A stretch of 64,000 nucleotides of DNA from a virus: the IMG/VR virus record IMGVR_UViG_3300025889_009691, positions 1-64,000 of that record; one strand, given 5' to 3'. Made by a program: the position numbers and the translations under genes. How positions within the stretch are numbered: the stretch's first letter is position 1; each line of letters starts with the position of its first letter. Positions 54,401 to 63,615 of the stretch are shown here, piece by piece. The notes below the pieces were generated by a model. It searched no databases. It saw nothing but the letters and a program-made list of their open reading frames with translations, and was not told the DNA's origin.

Positions 54401-55281
54401 CGGGTGTTGAAACTCTCTTTGAGTTGTATAACGCTCCTATGATTGATTTGGCTCAAGGTTTCTTGCCTGACCTTACCACGACTACTGCTTATGGTATGGA
54501 AGCGAAAGCTAGTGCAAACGCTGCGTTAAATGCGTTGGCTGATGCAGATAAACTAGGCCAGTATAACACTGCTGATTTGCAGCAGTTTATCAGTGACTAT
54601 ACTTCTACGGAGGTTGCGTTTGGTGGTAACGCTGCTGTTTCTGGTTTGTCTGCGATTATGGAGTTGAAGCGTCAGGTAGAAACTGGCGGTTTGAGTGAAG
54701 AGTTTGCCTCCATGTTTAACCTTGATGAGTTGTTGGCTAGTACTGCCCTAGAGATGGCCACGACGTTTGGTGTTCCGGTTGAGAACATAATGGCTGCGAT
54801 TGAAACGGGTAATGTTGATAACGTGACGGCTTACCTTGAGGAGACTGATAGGACGAGAGAGATTGCTCGTGCGGGCGTGTTTGGTACGGGAACTTATGGT
54901 CAGCAGCAGGCGTATCTTGATGAGAACGCTGCTTCTTTGGTTCAGGATTCTAGGTTCCGTGAGATTTTGATGAATTCGTATGATATGTTCTCTGGTATGG
55001 AGGACGCTGATATCGCTATGATGCAGCGGGGCGGTCTTGATTATGAGCAGATTTTGCGGAGCGCAGCTGAGGAAGGTAGTTTGCCTGCGATTATGCAGCA
55101 GTACCTTTCAGAGGTGGGCAACGATAATGATGCGAGCCTTGCAGCGCTGCAGGCGATTGAGACTGCAATTGAGGGGGTTGCTCCGATGGTTTCATTGAAT
55201 GGTGAACCTGCAACACGAGTTTCTCAGAATGGTTCAGAGTACTCTTTCACTATAAACGTCGCACCAGTTTCAACTGAGTAA
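51442..55281 (+). CDS. tape measure protein
   Basis: 1279 aa, Ala/Gly-rich and helical, 11-residue periodic region, follows the chaperone genes. Confidence 0.88.
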   Translation: MAEARERVVIEVEIDADISGDLAAIERRLKALEDRQNALGRATRGAANANRDFDRTNRRLNKTADSNTRKFDRFRKVMDGFKNGLMKVTGVLKKFLMTFSKLSFIAIAAEIAIFSAALLAVKGLLVSGRVAVKGYQIALKGLSAAAAGVATGLAVAAAAIREFQEVQLTPFFGGGQQGARGARQLSRSFTSQTRSLLGESTGAVAGSFAQAGIRRGNVLANQLFNLSGGDAKAVQSLAAAFASAQKSGDTAGLITALQGARGFRAESIAEGASLSSIIGTVSRGGATADAFQGLGDAFAGTFIGTLKAEAESFKSIFANIGEPLLKPFRDSFLQISQIIKNDVLGIAQIMREFGPDSMAPALVGFTDAVSEFIRSNIVQNVSDIAGAADKFINFFRSVGDFFTGFGDWLRSYEGAADVVMDMLRAMFSSSEGGLFRSFSNLLEENREAFIAFGDALGNVINAFKQGFAQGNSGFFNALPRLVDTLNVVATSVLPNLFEVFGAMTPLFERFPEIIRDITETLGPMLVRIFEAMEPIFDKLPDAFKGLLKVLSALEPLIMLLIKAVDLLASALLAIPGGDMVLGLGGLYAFGKGKSALNARKNPAAAARRANRGPSFFSRGVSALDDTMYNRTGPVANRYLNMRTNPNGMFSAGTSKAAFASKLLTPLAGALGAKNFYDAYQAGVAEGGGGRSSNAFGLDRGLSMDGLRGISNYMENDPIGAGFSAAGMAATAALFGANPALAAVIGGGVTTYGAGKQALSQGSSMGNTLTGIAGSTVMGAGLGQMLIPIPGVGALIGAGAGAIAGTIAFGGTHVLQSMGFLGGTKGDRQRQRNEDFAAGMSTNLSSIAANGGTDAQFMEAQSLLQSAEAAMMAGMTAEGFTEGDTNAMRTFLMQAQSSGLLAGTEFANMDFTQMHLDDFIQNELGGVMDSLTKTIESETARRQREEEERLRKINIAVGDLSETLEVSRGEIERFVSEFGIALDTANLAGVETLFELYNAPMIDLAQGFLPDLTTTTAYGMEAKASANAALNALADADKLGQYNTADLQQFISDYTSTEVAFGGNAAVSGLSAIMELKRQVETGGLSEEFASMFNLDELLASTALEMATTFGVPVENIMAAIETGNVDNVTAYLEETDRTREIARAGVFGTGTYGQQQAYLDENAASLVQDSRFREILMNSYDMFSGMEDADIAMMQRGGLDYEQILRSAAEEGSLPAIMQQYLSEVGNDNDASLAALQAIETAIEGVAPMVSLNGEPATRVSQNGSEYSFTINVAPVSTE

Positions 55282-55298
55282 AGTAAAGGGTAAAGATT

Positions 55299-56171
55299 AT
55301 GGCAGCAAGTACAATTATAGCTTTATCGGGAAACCCGATTGCGTTTCCTGAGTGGACTACGGTTGATGTTAAGCGTGCGATTTTGCGTGCAAGTACCTCA
55401 AGGGGGCCGAGCGGTACACCGCCGGACCCGGAGCCGCTACTGGCCCGTGCGGTATCAGCACCACGAGACCGTCTTTCGGCTCCGTTCGAAACGCTTGACG
55501 CTGAAGAAGCTCCTGCAGAGGAACCGCTGCCAGAGTTCTTGGAAGTAGTGTTTCCGTTTGGTCCACAAAACTTACAGCACCAAAACTATGGCGGAACTTA
55601 CCAGCAAATTCAGCGACCCTACCTTAAACCGTTAAACGTCTATTCAACTCCACAGTTGCGTACTGTCACGTTTAATGCGGTCATTGCTCACCGCCCAAGC
55701 GGCGGCATGTCGGTTGGACCTCTGAACGAAGACGGCGATTCGGTACAGGGTGTTGTTGACACGTTAGAGCAAATTGCTAGTTCTGGTTTTCCATGTGAGT
55801 TTATTTACGGTACGCAGGCTTTGCCGTTTTTGTCGTTCTTGACACAATTTTCGTATACGGTTAAGTATCGTAATAAAGATGGTGAGCCTTTACGTATTGA
55901 GGCTAGTATTCAGTTGACTGAGCGGGTGGAGTATAGGCCGTTGACGGAGGAGTTGCCGTTGATTGAAAGACCTCCTAAAGCGGTGGGGGTTGGATCACCT
56001 CCTCCTGCTGACCCGTTAAATTATGCTGATCTTGCTGTAAAATACGGTCAAGATGCGGCGGAGATGGAGGCATTTTTAATAGATGTTTCCGTAACAGCCA
56101 CCACACAATACGGTTTAAGCGATACAGAGGCTTACGAAACACTCGCTAGCATTGGCGAACTAGCGTTTTAA
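55299..56171 (+). CDS. tube initiator/baseplate protein
   Basis: Follows the tape measure gene; FPFGP...RP.LKPL...F.A...G.PLRIEASIQLTE. Confidence 0.65.
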   Translation: MAASTIIALSGNPIAFPEWTTVDVKRAILRASTSRGPSGTPPDPEPLLARAVSAPRDRLSAPFETLDAEEAPAEEPLPEFLEVVFPFGPQNLQHQNYGGTYQQIQRPYLKPLNVYSTPQLRTVTFNAVIAHRPSGGMSVGPLNEDGDSVQGVVDTLEQIASSGFPCEFIYGTQALPFLSFLTQFSYTVKYRNKDGEPLRIEASIQLTERVEYRPLTEELPLIERPPKAVGVGSPPPADPLNYADLAVKYGQDAAEMEAFLIDVSVTATTQYGLSDTEAYETLASIGELAF

Positions 56172-56179
56172 GGTTAAAT

Positions 56180-57643
56180 ATGAACTTTTTACCTCTAGAC
56201 AGTCTACTCATCGGTGAACTTGACGAAACCGAACTGAAAGAAATCAAAGAAGGCATCATGAACCTATCTATTGATCTCACAAGCAAAATGGTAAGCGAGC
56301 TAAAGTTCACAGTCTACGACAACAACTTTAACATGTTTACCAACAACTACTTTATCATTGGGCGAAGAGTTACTTTCCTTAATGAAGAGTACGAAATTGC
56401 TGAAGCGTCGCTAAACTTCAATGCCCGCAACCGCAACATTACAGTTCGTGCAAGGTCACGAGCAACAGAACAGATGCGGAAAGATAAAGGCGCAAAGTCG
56501 TTTGGTAACATTTCGCCTTCAATTTTTGCTGCCAACATGGCTGAAAAGTTTGGGTTGCAAATTTTTGCTGAAGATAGTCCACGGAAAGCGATCAAACGAG
56601 AAGCTTCGGAGAATAAAGAAGAGTCTACGTGGGATGTTCTTGTTCGGTTGGCTAGAGAGTTAGAGTTTATGTGTTTTGAGGCTAGAGGGGTGTTGTTCTT
56701 TGCGTCTCAGGATTTTATTGCGGATCATGCTCCTGAGGTTACTATTTCGACTCCTCCGTTTCAAATTAACACATATGGTGAGTTGGATTATTCTAGGATT
56801 TCGGGTGAGAATCCGTTGGAGGCTACTTCGCTTGATTTTAAAGCTTCGCAGGATGAGGAGAAGCCTTATAATGGTTCTTTGTCGTTGTTGACGAATGCTA
56901 CTAGTAGGTCTTTTTATCCGGGTGTGGTTGTTAAGCTTCCAGATTTGACTGCAAAGTATGGTAATCCTCGTTTGATGGTTGAGCGTGTGAGTGTGGAGGC
57001 TGGTGTTGATAAGTTGGTGAGGATTACTTGTTCGTCTGTTGATTCGTTAGAGGAGCTTGAGTGTAAGTTGAAAACATTTGAGAGGGGTGCGTCTGGTGAT
57101 TGTGTTAAGCGTATTCAGCGTGCTGTTAAAACTCAGGTTGATGGGAAGTTTGGTCCGGCTACGGAGGCGGCGGTGAAGCGGTTCCAGGCGTATGTTGGTT
57201 TGCCTGAGACTGGTGTTGTGGATGCTGCGACGTGGGATAAGATTGAGAGCACTACGGTTGATTTCCCGTTGCAGACGAGTAGTGGCATTACGAGTCGCTC
57301 AGCTAGTACGTCTACTACGGATGATGGTGGGGTTTCAGAAGCGGAACGGCTGGCAGCTGCTAGAAGGCGGCAAACTGAATTGGAAGATCGTGAGAGGAGA
57401 TTACGTTCGCCGGGTATTACAGCAACTAAAAAAGTATTGTCTCCTACGGACGCTGAAATTGAAGCGGGTGTTCTTAGAGTAAAGAAGGCTGCTAGTGCGA
57501 TTGTGGACAATTTCTTGGAGATTGTGTCCCCGCCTCGAACGAATCCTACGGTACCGAATGAGGTATTAACTGACTTTTGGAATAGTCCACAGGGTATCGC
57601 TTTGGCTGAACACCACAAAGAAAAAGGGAACATACTACCTTAG
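56180..57643 (+). CDS. baseplate hub (gpD/gp27-like) with peptidoglycan-binding domain
   Basis: ESTWDVLVRLARELEF.CFE..GVLFF; GDCVKRIQ...DGKFGPATEAAVKRFQ...TGVVD..TW. Confidence 0.75.
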   Translation: MNFLPLDSLLIGELDETELKEIKEGIMNLSIDLTSKMVSELKFTVYDNNFNMFTNNYFIIGRRVTFLNEEYEIAEASLNFNARNRNITVRARSRATEQMRKDKGAKSFGNISPSIFAANMAEKFGLQIFAEDSPRKAIKREASENKEESTWDVLVRLARELEFMCFEARGVLFFASQDFIADHAPEVTISTPPFQINTYGELDYSRISGENPLEATSLDFKASQDEEKPYNGSLSLLTNATSRSFYPGVVVKLPDLTAKYGNPRLMVERVSVEAGVDKLVRITCSSVDSLEELECKLKTFERGASGDCVKRIQRAVKTQVDGKFGPATEAAVKRFQAYVGLPETGVVDAATWDKIESTTVDFPLQTSSGITSRSASTSTTDDGGVSEAERLAAARRRQTELEDRERRLRSPGITATKKVLSPTDAEIEAGVLRVKKAASAIVDNFLEIVSPPRTNPTVPNEVLTDFWNSPQGIALAEHHKEKGNILP

Positions 57644-57656
57644 GATAGATTGAATT

Positions 57657-60600
57657 ATGGTTTCTAGAGCAATAAACACAGCATACTCTACAGGCGGCGG
57701 CGCTAACGGTCTTTGGCGTGCCATCGTACAAGCAGTAAACGACAACTCTCTTAACGTTACTATTCCACGTTTGGGTCAAAACAACGTGTACGAAAACGTG
57801 CCGTATATTGGTTTCACTCCGCAGGTTGGTGACCGTATTTGGGTTGGGTTTATTGAGGGTCGTTCTTTTGAGCCTGTGGCGTTTGTTGGCGCTAATAACA
57901 CTTCTGGTGATCCCGCAGAGGCTGATATAACAGAGGTGATCGCTGGGCTTGGTTTAAGCGGCGGAGGCGATACTGGTTCGGTTACGATTGACTTTGAACC
58001 AAGCGAACTCACAACCGTGACATTAGCATACGACGACAAAGTAGTCATCAGTGATGACAGCGATAGCGGCGAACCTAAGCTCGTTCCTATCTCTGAAGTG
58101 ATCACAACCGCTAATGGTGACGGCGGCGAGCCTATCGGTCATGAAGACAAATCCGAGAGCGTTATCTCTTTTGATTATTCCACGAGAACTTTTACGATTG
58201 CCCCCGTAAGCGACAGTTATGTGGTTTGGTGTGCCGGTCAGAAGTTTGTTAAGACAGATTCTGAGAGCGTAGTTATCGGTAGTTCTTCGGATTTGTACTA
58301 CATTTCGTTTGACGCTGAAGGCGTGTTGCAGGCTACTACGACATTTTACCAGTGGGATTCGGAAACCCCTACTGCTTACATTCATTACAACTCTGGTGAG
58401 CCTGCTAAGTACATGCTGTTTGATGAGCGGCACGGTATTGTTTTGGATTGGCAGACGCATGAGTATTTGCATCGAACCCGTGGAGCGGCGATTGCTAATG
58501 GCTTTGATGCGTCTAATTTTGATGTTTCTACACAGAATGGTAGCACTGACGATCAGGCGTATATTGATATTGCTGATGGTACGTTCTTTGATGAGGACTT
58601 GCAGGTAGATATTGTTCATTCTAATACTCCCACGGCGAATACGTGGGAGCAAGATTTGCAGGGGCCTGCTCAGATTCCTGTGTTTTATCAGAGCGGCACG
58701 ACTGGGTGGACTTATGATGCTCCAACTAACTTCCCTTTGAAGTATGGTGGTACTCCTAGTCCGACTTATAATTTGAATTCTGGTGGCACGTGGAGCACTC
58801 CTGAGATCACTTCAAACAATTATGGTATCAGTTGGATCGTGGCAACTAACCAGTTGAATTATCCTGTGATTGCGATTATGGGTCAGGATTATTACACGAA
58901 TGTGGGTGATGCTGAGGCGGTGACTTGGGATTCAATGAATCTTGACGATTTGCCTGTGGTTGAGTTGCGGGTATTGTATAAGGTTATTTATCGTGCTTCT
59001 GGGTCGAACACTCCGGGCGCTTATTTTGTTGAGGTTGATGATTATCGTAGGGCGTTGTCGTCTGCTACGAGTACTGCTGCGGCTGTGGTGGATCATGGTA
59101 ATTTGACTGGTTTGGGTGATGATGATCATACGCAGTATTTGTTGGTTGATGGTTCTCGTGATGCTGTTGAGTTGACGGTTACTGGTGATCTTGTGGTTGA
59201 TACGGACACGTTGCATGTGGATGCAACGAATGATCGTGTTGGTATCGGCACTACGTCTCCTGCTGCGGCTCTTGATGTGGCAGCGACTGGGGCGGATGCT
59301 GTTCACCTTCATGGTCAGGTTCGTATTGATGGCGCTGACCCTAGCCGTTTGACTATTGGTGCGAAGGATTCAAGCAACCTCTGGAATCTGGACAACAACA
59401 ACGGGACGCTTCGGATTTTCCGTGAAAACTGGGCTGCTTCGGGCACTGGCTCAAGCGGTAGCACCAAAATCACCATAACCGATGACGGTGATGTGGCGTT
59501 TGATACGGACACGTTGTTTGTGGATGCAACGAATGATCGTGTGGGTATCAACACTACCTCTGTGACTGCTGGTCATGTTTTGGAGACAAGAGGAGCAGTC
59601 CTCATCTCGTCTACGGCTGGCGTTGGCAACACGCACTTCCCGTTCACCGACGGACGGTTCTATTACACCGCCGACCCGGAGACGGGCGGCACAGGTGACC
59701 ATGTGTTCCGTCATTACAGTGGTGGTTCGTATGTAGAGCAGATGCGGATTTTGGAGGGTGGCAAGGTCGGCATCGGCACTAATTCGCCTGTTGCCGGGTT
59801 GGATATTGCTACGACTGCTGGCGACACATGGACGACTAACGGTTGGGATTCGGGCCTGATTCTCAACGCAGCTTCGGCGCTGCGTTGGCGGACCGCCAAC
59901 GGTGTCGATTGGGGAATCGGCAACTCCGGCTCGACCCTCTACTTCATGTCGTCTACGAGTTCTACTACGGGTGCGGCTGCTGATTATCGGATGGTCATAA
60001 ACGGAAGCGGTCAGGTGGGCATTGGCACCACGGCGCCTACTGCGGGTTATGAGTTGGACGTTATCGGAGATGGCCGGTTCAGCAGCAGTGTCTACGCACA
60101 GCTCCACAACTCAAACAGCAACCAATCACGAGACAAGCTGCGGGTGTGGGATAGCTCTCCGTTTACCATTGGTATGAAGACCGGCTACTCGTTCGGATAC
60201 CTCGGCGGTGTGACCACCGGCACCGATTACGCCATGTCGTTCCAGATGAGTAACAACGCTAACCGTGGCTGGTGGTGGGGCGATACTGGTCACACCGACG
60301 CTCAAGGTGCGATGTCGCTGACGACGCAAGGACAGCTCTACGTTGCCACTCGTATTCATGTCGGTGGTGGCGAGTCAAGGACCGATCCGCTGACGACGTA
60401 CAACTTCGTCAACAGTGGCACGTCGTACCTGTACGGCAATGTTTCAGCACCCGGCATTTACAATCTCACGACAGTAGCGACCACGCCATACATCCATTTG
60501 AGTTCAGGCACCTACGCCTACAAGCTTTACCGCTCAACCTCGACGCTTGCGTCCAAGCGGAACATCGAAGAGTTGAGCGACACTTACGCCGACCTCATGC

Positions 60601-60899
60601 TTCAGTCTCGGCCTGTTTGGTATCAGTCGGCTGTTGAGACTGACGACCCTGGCTGGTCATGGCTCGGCTTGATCGCTGAAGAACAAGCCGCTCTTGATCC
60701 TCACCTTGCCAACTGGCAGGTGCGGGAAGATTGGGAAGGCGAGGAGTTTGAGCACCTGTCGATGTACCCAGCCGAAGCACTTGAAGTTTCAGGTGTTCCC
60801 TACGAAAGATTGTCGGTGCCTTTGTTGTTGCTGTGCCAGCGTCAGCAGCGAGAGATTGACGACCTTCAAGCACGACTAGCTGCGCTAGAGGCACAGTAA
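57657..60899 (+). CDS. spike (gpV/gp5 OB-like N-terminus) fused to tail-fibre repeats with C-terminal S74-like chaperone
   Basis: V.IPRL...PQVGDRIWVGF..G; repeated RVGIGTTSP; S..SKRNIEEL...GLIAEE...Y.RL...Q..EID.L..RL..LE. Confidence 0.75.
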   Translation: MVSRAINTAYSTGGGANGLWRAIVQAVNDNSLNVTIPRLGQNNVYENVPYIGFTPQVGDRIWVGFIEGRSFEPVAFVGANNTSGDPAEADITEVIAGLGLSGGGDTGSVTIDFEPSELTTVTLAYDDKVVISDDSDSGEPKLVPISEVITTANGDGGEPIGHEDKSESVISFDYSTRTFTIAPVSDSYVVWCAGQKFVKTDSESVVIGSSSDLYYISFDAEGVLQATTTFYQWDSETPTAYIHYNSGEPAKYMLFDERHGIVLDWQTHEYLHRTRGAAIANGFDASNFDVSTQNGSTDDQAYIDIADGTFFDEDLQVDIVHSNTPTANTWEQDLQGPAQIPVFYQSGTTGWTYDAPTNFPLKYGGTPSPTYNLNSGGTWSTPEITSNNYGISWIVATNQLNYPVIAIMGQDYYTNVGDAEAVTWDSMNLDDLPVVELRVLYKVIYRASGSNTPGAYFVEVDDYRRALSSATSTAAAVVDHGNLTGLGDDDHTQYLLVDGSRDAVELTVTGDLVVDTDTLHVDATNDRVGIGTTSPAAALDVAATGADAVHLHGQVRIDGADPSRLTIGAKDSSNLWNLDNNNGTLRIFRENWAASGTGSSGSTKITITDDGDVAFDTDTLFVDATNDRVGINTTSVTAGHVLETRGAVLISSTAGVGNTHFPFTDGRFYYTADPETGGTGDHVFRHYSGGSYVEQMRILEGGKVGIGTNSPVAGLDIATTAGDTWTTNGWDSGLILNAASALRWRTANGVDWGIGNSGSTLYFMSSTSSTTGAAADYRMVINGSGQVGIGTTAPTAGYELDVIGDGRFSSSVYAQLHNSNSNQSRDKLRVWDSSPFTIGMKTGYSFGYLGGVTTGTDYAMSFQMSNNANRGWWWGDTGHTDAQGAMSLTTQGQLYVATRIHVGGGESRTDPLTTYNFVNSGTSYLYGNVSAPGIYNLTTVATTPYIHLSSGTYAYKLYRSTSTLASKRNIEELSDTYADLMLQSRPVWYQSAVETDDPGWSWLGLIAEEQAALDPHLANWQVREDWEGEEFEHLSMYPAEALEVSGVPYERLSVPLLLLCQRQQREIDDLQARLAALEAQ
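59197..59549 (+). repeat. 50-bp direct repeat pair (59197-59246, 59500-59549) in the fibre gene
   Basis: TTGATACGGACACGTTG..TGTGGATGCAACGAATGATCGTGT.GGTATC, 3 mismatches. Confidence 0.9.
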
Positions 60900-60976
60900 C
60901 GCCACGTTTATGGAAACAGGGTTGCTTCTTTAACCCGTATCCACTATACTATTGGAAGCAACCAATGGAGTAGAAC

Positions 60977-61711
60977 ATGTTTCCCAAAACGTTTACGCAA
61001 CTGTTTGCGTCTTTAACCGCAGCCTTCTTGCTTATAGGCTGTGCTGCTGATGATCCGCTAGACATCAACGACCCTGAGCCTAACCCTGAGCCTGTTGTGG
61101 AAGAAGTAGAAGAACCTGTTTCTACTCCACGGCGAGTAGAAGACTATTCGTCTGTAGCGCCTGCCAATTTGAGCGCTCTAGAACCTGTTATTGACGTTCT
61201 ACTAGACGAATATACGTGGGGCCGTGGAGACAACGTAGAAGCCTTACAGAGAGTCTTGGGCGTCACAGCAGACGGCCAGTATGGCCCTAAAACCAAAGCA
61301 GCCCATATCGAACTGTTAGAAGGCATGGGGTGGAGTACAGACAACGTTCCAGGGTCTCCTGTGGTAAGTTCAACGGCGTCTAACACGAACCCTACTCCGC
61401 TGTGTACTGAATGGTGGGATGTGGCTCGTTCTGCGGGGTGGGCTGAAGAAGATTTGCCTAAACTTGGGCAGATCATGTTTGAGGAGTCCACGTGCAGGCC
61501 CGGAGCTATTAGTCCTACGAGAGATTATGGTTTGACTCAGATTAACTGGGCGGCACACGGAGGTAGGCTGACAGGTCTTGGTTTGACTCGTGAAGATTTG
61601 CTTGATCCGTACACTAATTTGGTGCAAGCCAAGTACATTGCGGATTCGGCTGCTAGTTGGGCTGGCTGCAAGTGGCAGCCTTGGTATATGAGCGGCAGTT
61701 GGTGCGGCTAA
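60977..61711 (+). CDS. lipoprotein with PG-binding-like segment and lytic-transglycosylase (SLT-like) domain
   Basis: Lipobox LLIG-C; LQRVLGVTADGQYGPKT; IMFEES.C...DYGLTQIN...LLDPYTN...WQPW. Confidence 0.78.
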   Translation: MFPKTFTQLFASLTAAFLLIGCAADDPLDINDPEPNPEPVVEEVEEPVSTPRRVEDYSSVAPANLSALEPVIDVLLDEYTWGRGDNVEALQRVLGVTADGQYGPKTKAAHIELLEGMGWSTDNVPGSPVVSSTASNTNPTPLCTEWWDVARSAGWAEEDLPKLGQIMFEESTCRPGAISPTRDYGLTQINWAAHGGRLTGLGLTREDLLDPYTNLVQAKYIADSAASWAGCKWQPWYMSGSWCG

Positions 61712-61750
61712 TGTGGTATACTAGGTGTGTAACCTATTTTGGAGTTTGTT

Positions 61751-62035
61751 ATGGCTAGAAAGAAAGCTGTTAAAAAGACTGTTAAAAAGACTGTTAAAAA
61801 GACTGTTCAGTCTCAGCCCGCAGTTGAAGAGTACATTGCGCCAGAGTATCTAGGCGTTTTACGTAACGGGTCTAGAGATGCATCTGTAAATCACGTGCAA
61901 GAAAAGCTAGGAATTACGGGAGACGGATGGTACGGGCGAGAAACCACTCGTGCTGTCCGAAAGTACCAGCAAAACAACAAACTCTATAATGACGGTATTG
62001 TTGGCCCTAAAACATGGAAGCACATGTTCGGATAG
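61751..62035 (+). CDS. peptidoglycan-binding domain protein with basic N-terminal repeat
   Basis: LRNGS...VQEKL...DGWYGRET..AVRKYQ...DGIVGPKTW. Confidence 0.8.
   Translation: MARKKAVKKTVKKTVKKTVQSQPAVEEYIAPEYLGVLRNGSRDASVNHVQEKLGITGDGWYGRETTRAVRKYQQNNKLYNDGIVGPKTWKHMFG
61767..61807 (+). repeat. 12-bp tandem repeat (VKKT)
   Basis: CTGTTAAAAAGA three times plus a partial copy. Confidence 0.9.
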
Positions 62036-62079
62036 CCATAGGCTTGACAGACTAACCTGCTTTGGGGTAGACTACCTCT

Positions 62080-62595
62080 ATGGATAAAAAGATTGTCAGA
62101 GAAGCCGTAGCACCCGCTGCGATCCCGACTTTAGCGGAGAATACGCATCGGGCTATTGAGCTACTGATTGCAAAAGACGGCGTGTTCCGAACCGACGAGT
62201 CTTGGGTGTACACTGCTCTGCAGCCGCTAATTAAAAGCGGCCACGTTGACGTTGACGGAACTACCATTTCAATCGGTAAGGACTTTGAACCGTTCCTGCT
62301 AAACATGGCTGACCGTTCTGCAATTTACAACACAACTCTAAAGAACTACAGACAGTTGGTTGCGTCTAATGCTGAAAAGTATGATGTAACCAATTTTGAC
62401 GTTATGGACAAAGTTGCTTCAATACATAACACTGATGAGAAAATTGTTTACCTCACAAGTGTTTTGGCTGAAACTTTCGGCAAGCTAGAAGAAGCTTTGA
62501 ATCGAACTTCTTATTTGGAAAACCTTTGTAAAGAGATGGATATTTCGTTATCTGTCATGGAGTCTATGACTTTTGATGAGAGTTCTGACAGTTAA
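62080..62595 (+). CDS. hypothetical protein (leaderless)
   Basis: TTGACA-18-TAGACT-6 nt-ATG. Confidence 0.7.
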   Translation: MDKKIVREAVAPAAIPTLAENTHRAIELLIAKDGVFRTDESWVYTALQPLIKSGHVDVDGTTISIGKDFEPFLLNMADRSAIYNTTLKNYRQLVASNAEKYDVTNFDVMDKVASIHNTDEKIVYLTSVLAETFGKLEEALNRTSYLENLCKEMDISLSVMESMTFDESSDS

Positions 62596-62839
62596 TGCAC
62601 GAGTTCTGCTCGCCGTGCTGGAGCATCCTGATATGACTCAGAAGCAAATAGCTGACGAGTTGGGGATGCGCTACCAGCATGTTTGGCGGGCGTTAGACCG
62701 ACTAGTAAAGGAAGGAATACTGCGGAAGGAACGTCAAAATAGACGGACCTACTTTTTTGCAGATGAAGGGTTTTACAGCCTTGATGACATTCAACGCTTA
62801 CAGGCTTGCATGTCGCTGCAACATGTGGTAAACTCATAG
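62576..62839 (+). CDS. winged-HTH (MarR/ArsR-like) protein
   Basis: PDMTQKQIADELG.....V.RALDRLVKEGIL.KER..RRTY. Confidence 0.82.
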   Translation: MRVLTVNARVLLAVLEHPDMTQKQIADELGMRYQHVWRALDRLVKEGILRKERQNRRTYFFADEGFYSLDDIQRLQACMSLQHVVNS

Positions 62840-62842
62840 ATT

Positions 62843-63604
62843 ATGGCTAAGATACTGTATTACGATATAGAGACGGCACCGAACCTAAGTATGGTTTGGG
62901 GCCACTACGAGCAGAATGTGATTACACATGAGCGAGAGTGGTATATGCTTTGTGTCTCTTACCGTTGGGAGCACGAGAAGAAGTCTCATGTGACTTCGCT
63001 GGTTGACTTCCCTGCGGACTATAAGAAAGACCCTGAGAACGACTTCCACGTGGTTAAGAAGCTGTGGGAGTTGTTTGATGAGGCTGACATTGTGATTGCT
63101 CACAACGGTGACAAGTTTGATATGCGTAAGGCTAACGCTCGTTTCGTGGCCCACGGTTTAGGTCCTGCGTCGCCTGTTAAGTCAATAGACACGTTGAAGG
63201 TTGCCCGTAAGTACTTTATGTTCAACAGCAACAAGCTAGATCATCTGGGCGATCATTTGGGCGTTGGCCGTAAGGTTTCTACCGGAGGGTTTGAAACCTG
63301 GGCCGGTTGTATGCGTGGCGATATGAAGTATTGGAAGTTGATGATTAAGTATGCTAAGCAGGATGTTGATTTGCTTCGAAAAGTTTATCTTCAGTTGCGT
63401 CCTTGGATGACGAATCATCCTAACCTTAACATCTTTGATGGTACGAATGCGTGTCCTACGTGTGGGTCTAAGCGCTTGCAGAAGCGGGGTACTAAACGTA
63501 CACAGGTGTCGGTTTACCAGCAGTATCAATGTAACGACTGTGGGTCTTATTCTCGTCAGCGAGTCGCTGATGCTGACGCTATCAAGCCTGAGATTGTTCC
63601 CTGA
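62843..63604 (+). CDS. DnaQ/RNase H-like 3'-5' exonuclease with C-terminal Zn ribbon
   Basis: YDIET, AHNGDKFD, IDTL, YAKQDV; CPTCGS...YQCNDCG. Confidence 0.88.
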   Translation: MAKILYYDIETAPNLSMVWGHYEQNVITHEREWYMLCVSYRWEHEKKSHVTSLVDFPADYKKDPENDFHVVKKLWELFDEADIVIAHNGDKFDMRKANARFVAHGLGPASPVKSIDTLKVARKYFMFNSNKLDHLGDHLGVGRKVSTGGFETWAGCMRGDMKYWKLMIKYAKQDVDLLRKVYLQLRPWMTNHPNLNIFDGTNACPTCGSKRLQKRGTKRTQVSVYQQYQCNDCGSYSRQRVADADAIKPEIVP

Positions 63605-63615
63605 TTTAGATTGTT

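Noticed and set aside
59197-59549. Repeat pair as a DGR template/variable repeat
   Set aside because: No reverse transcriptase in the window, mismatches are not adenine-specific in one copy, and both copies are in-frame fibre repeats.
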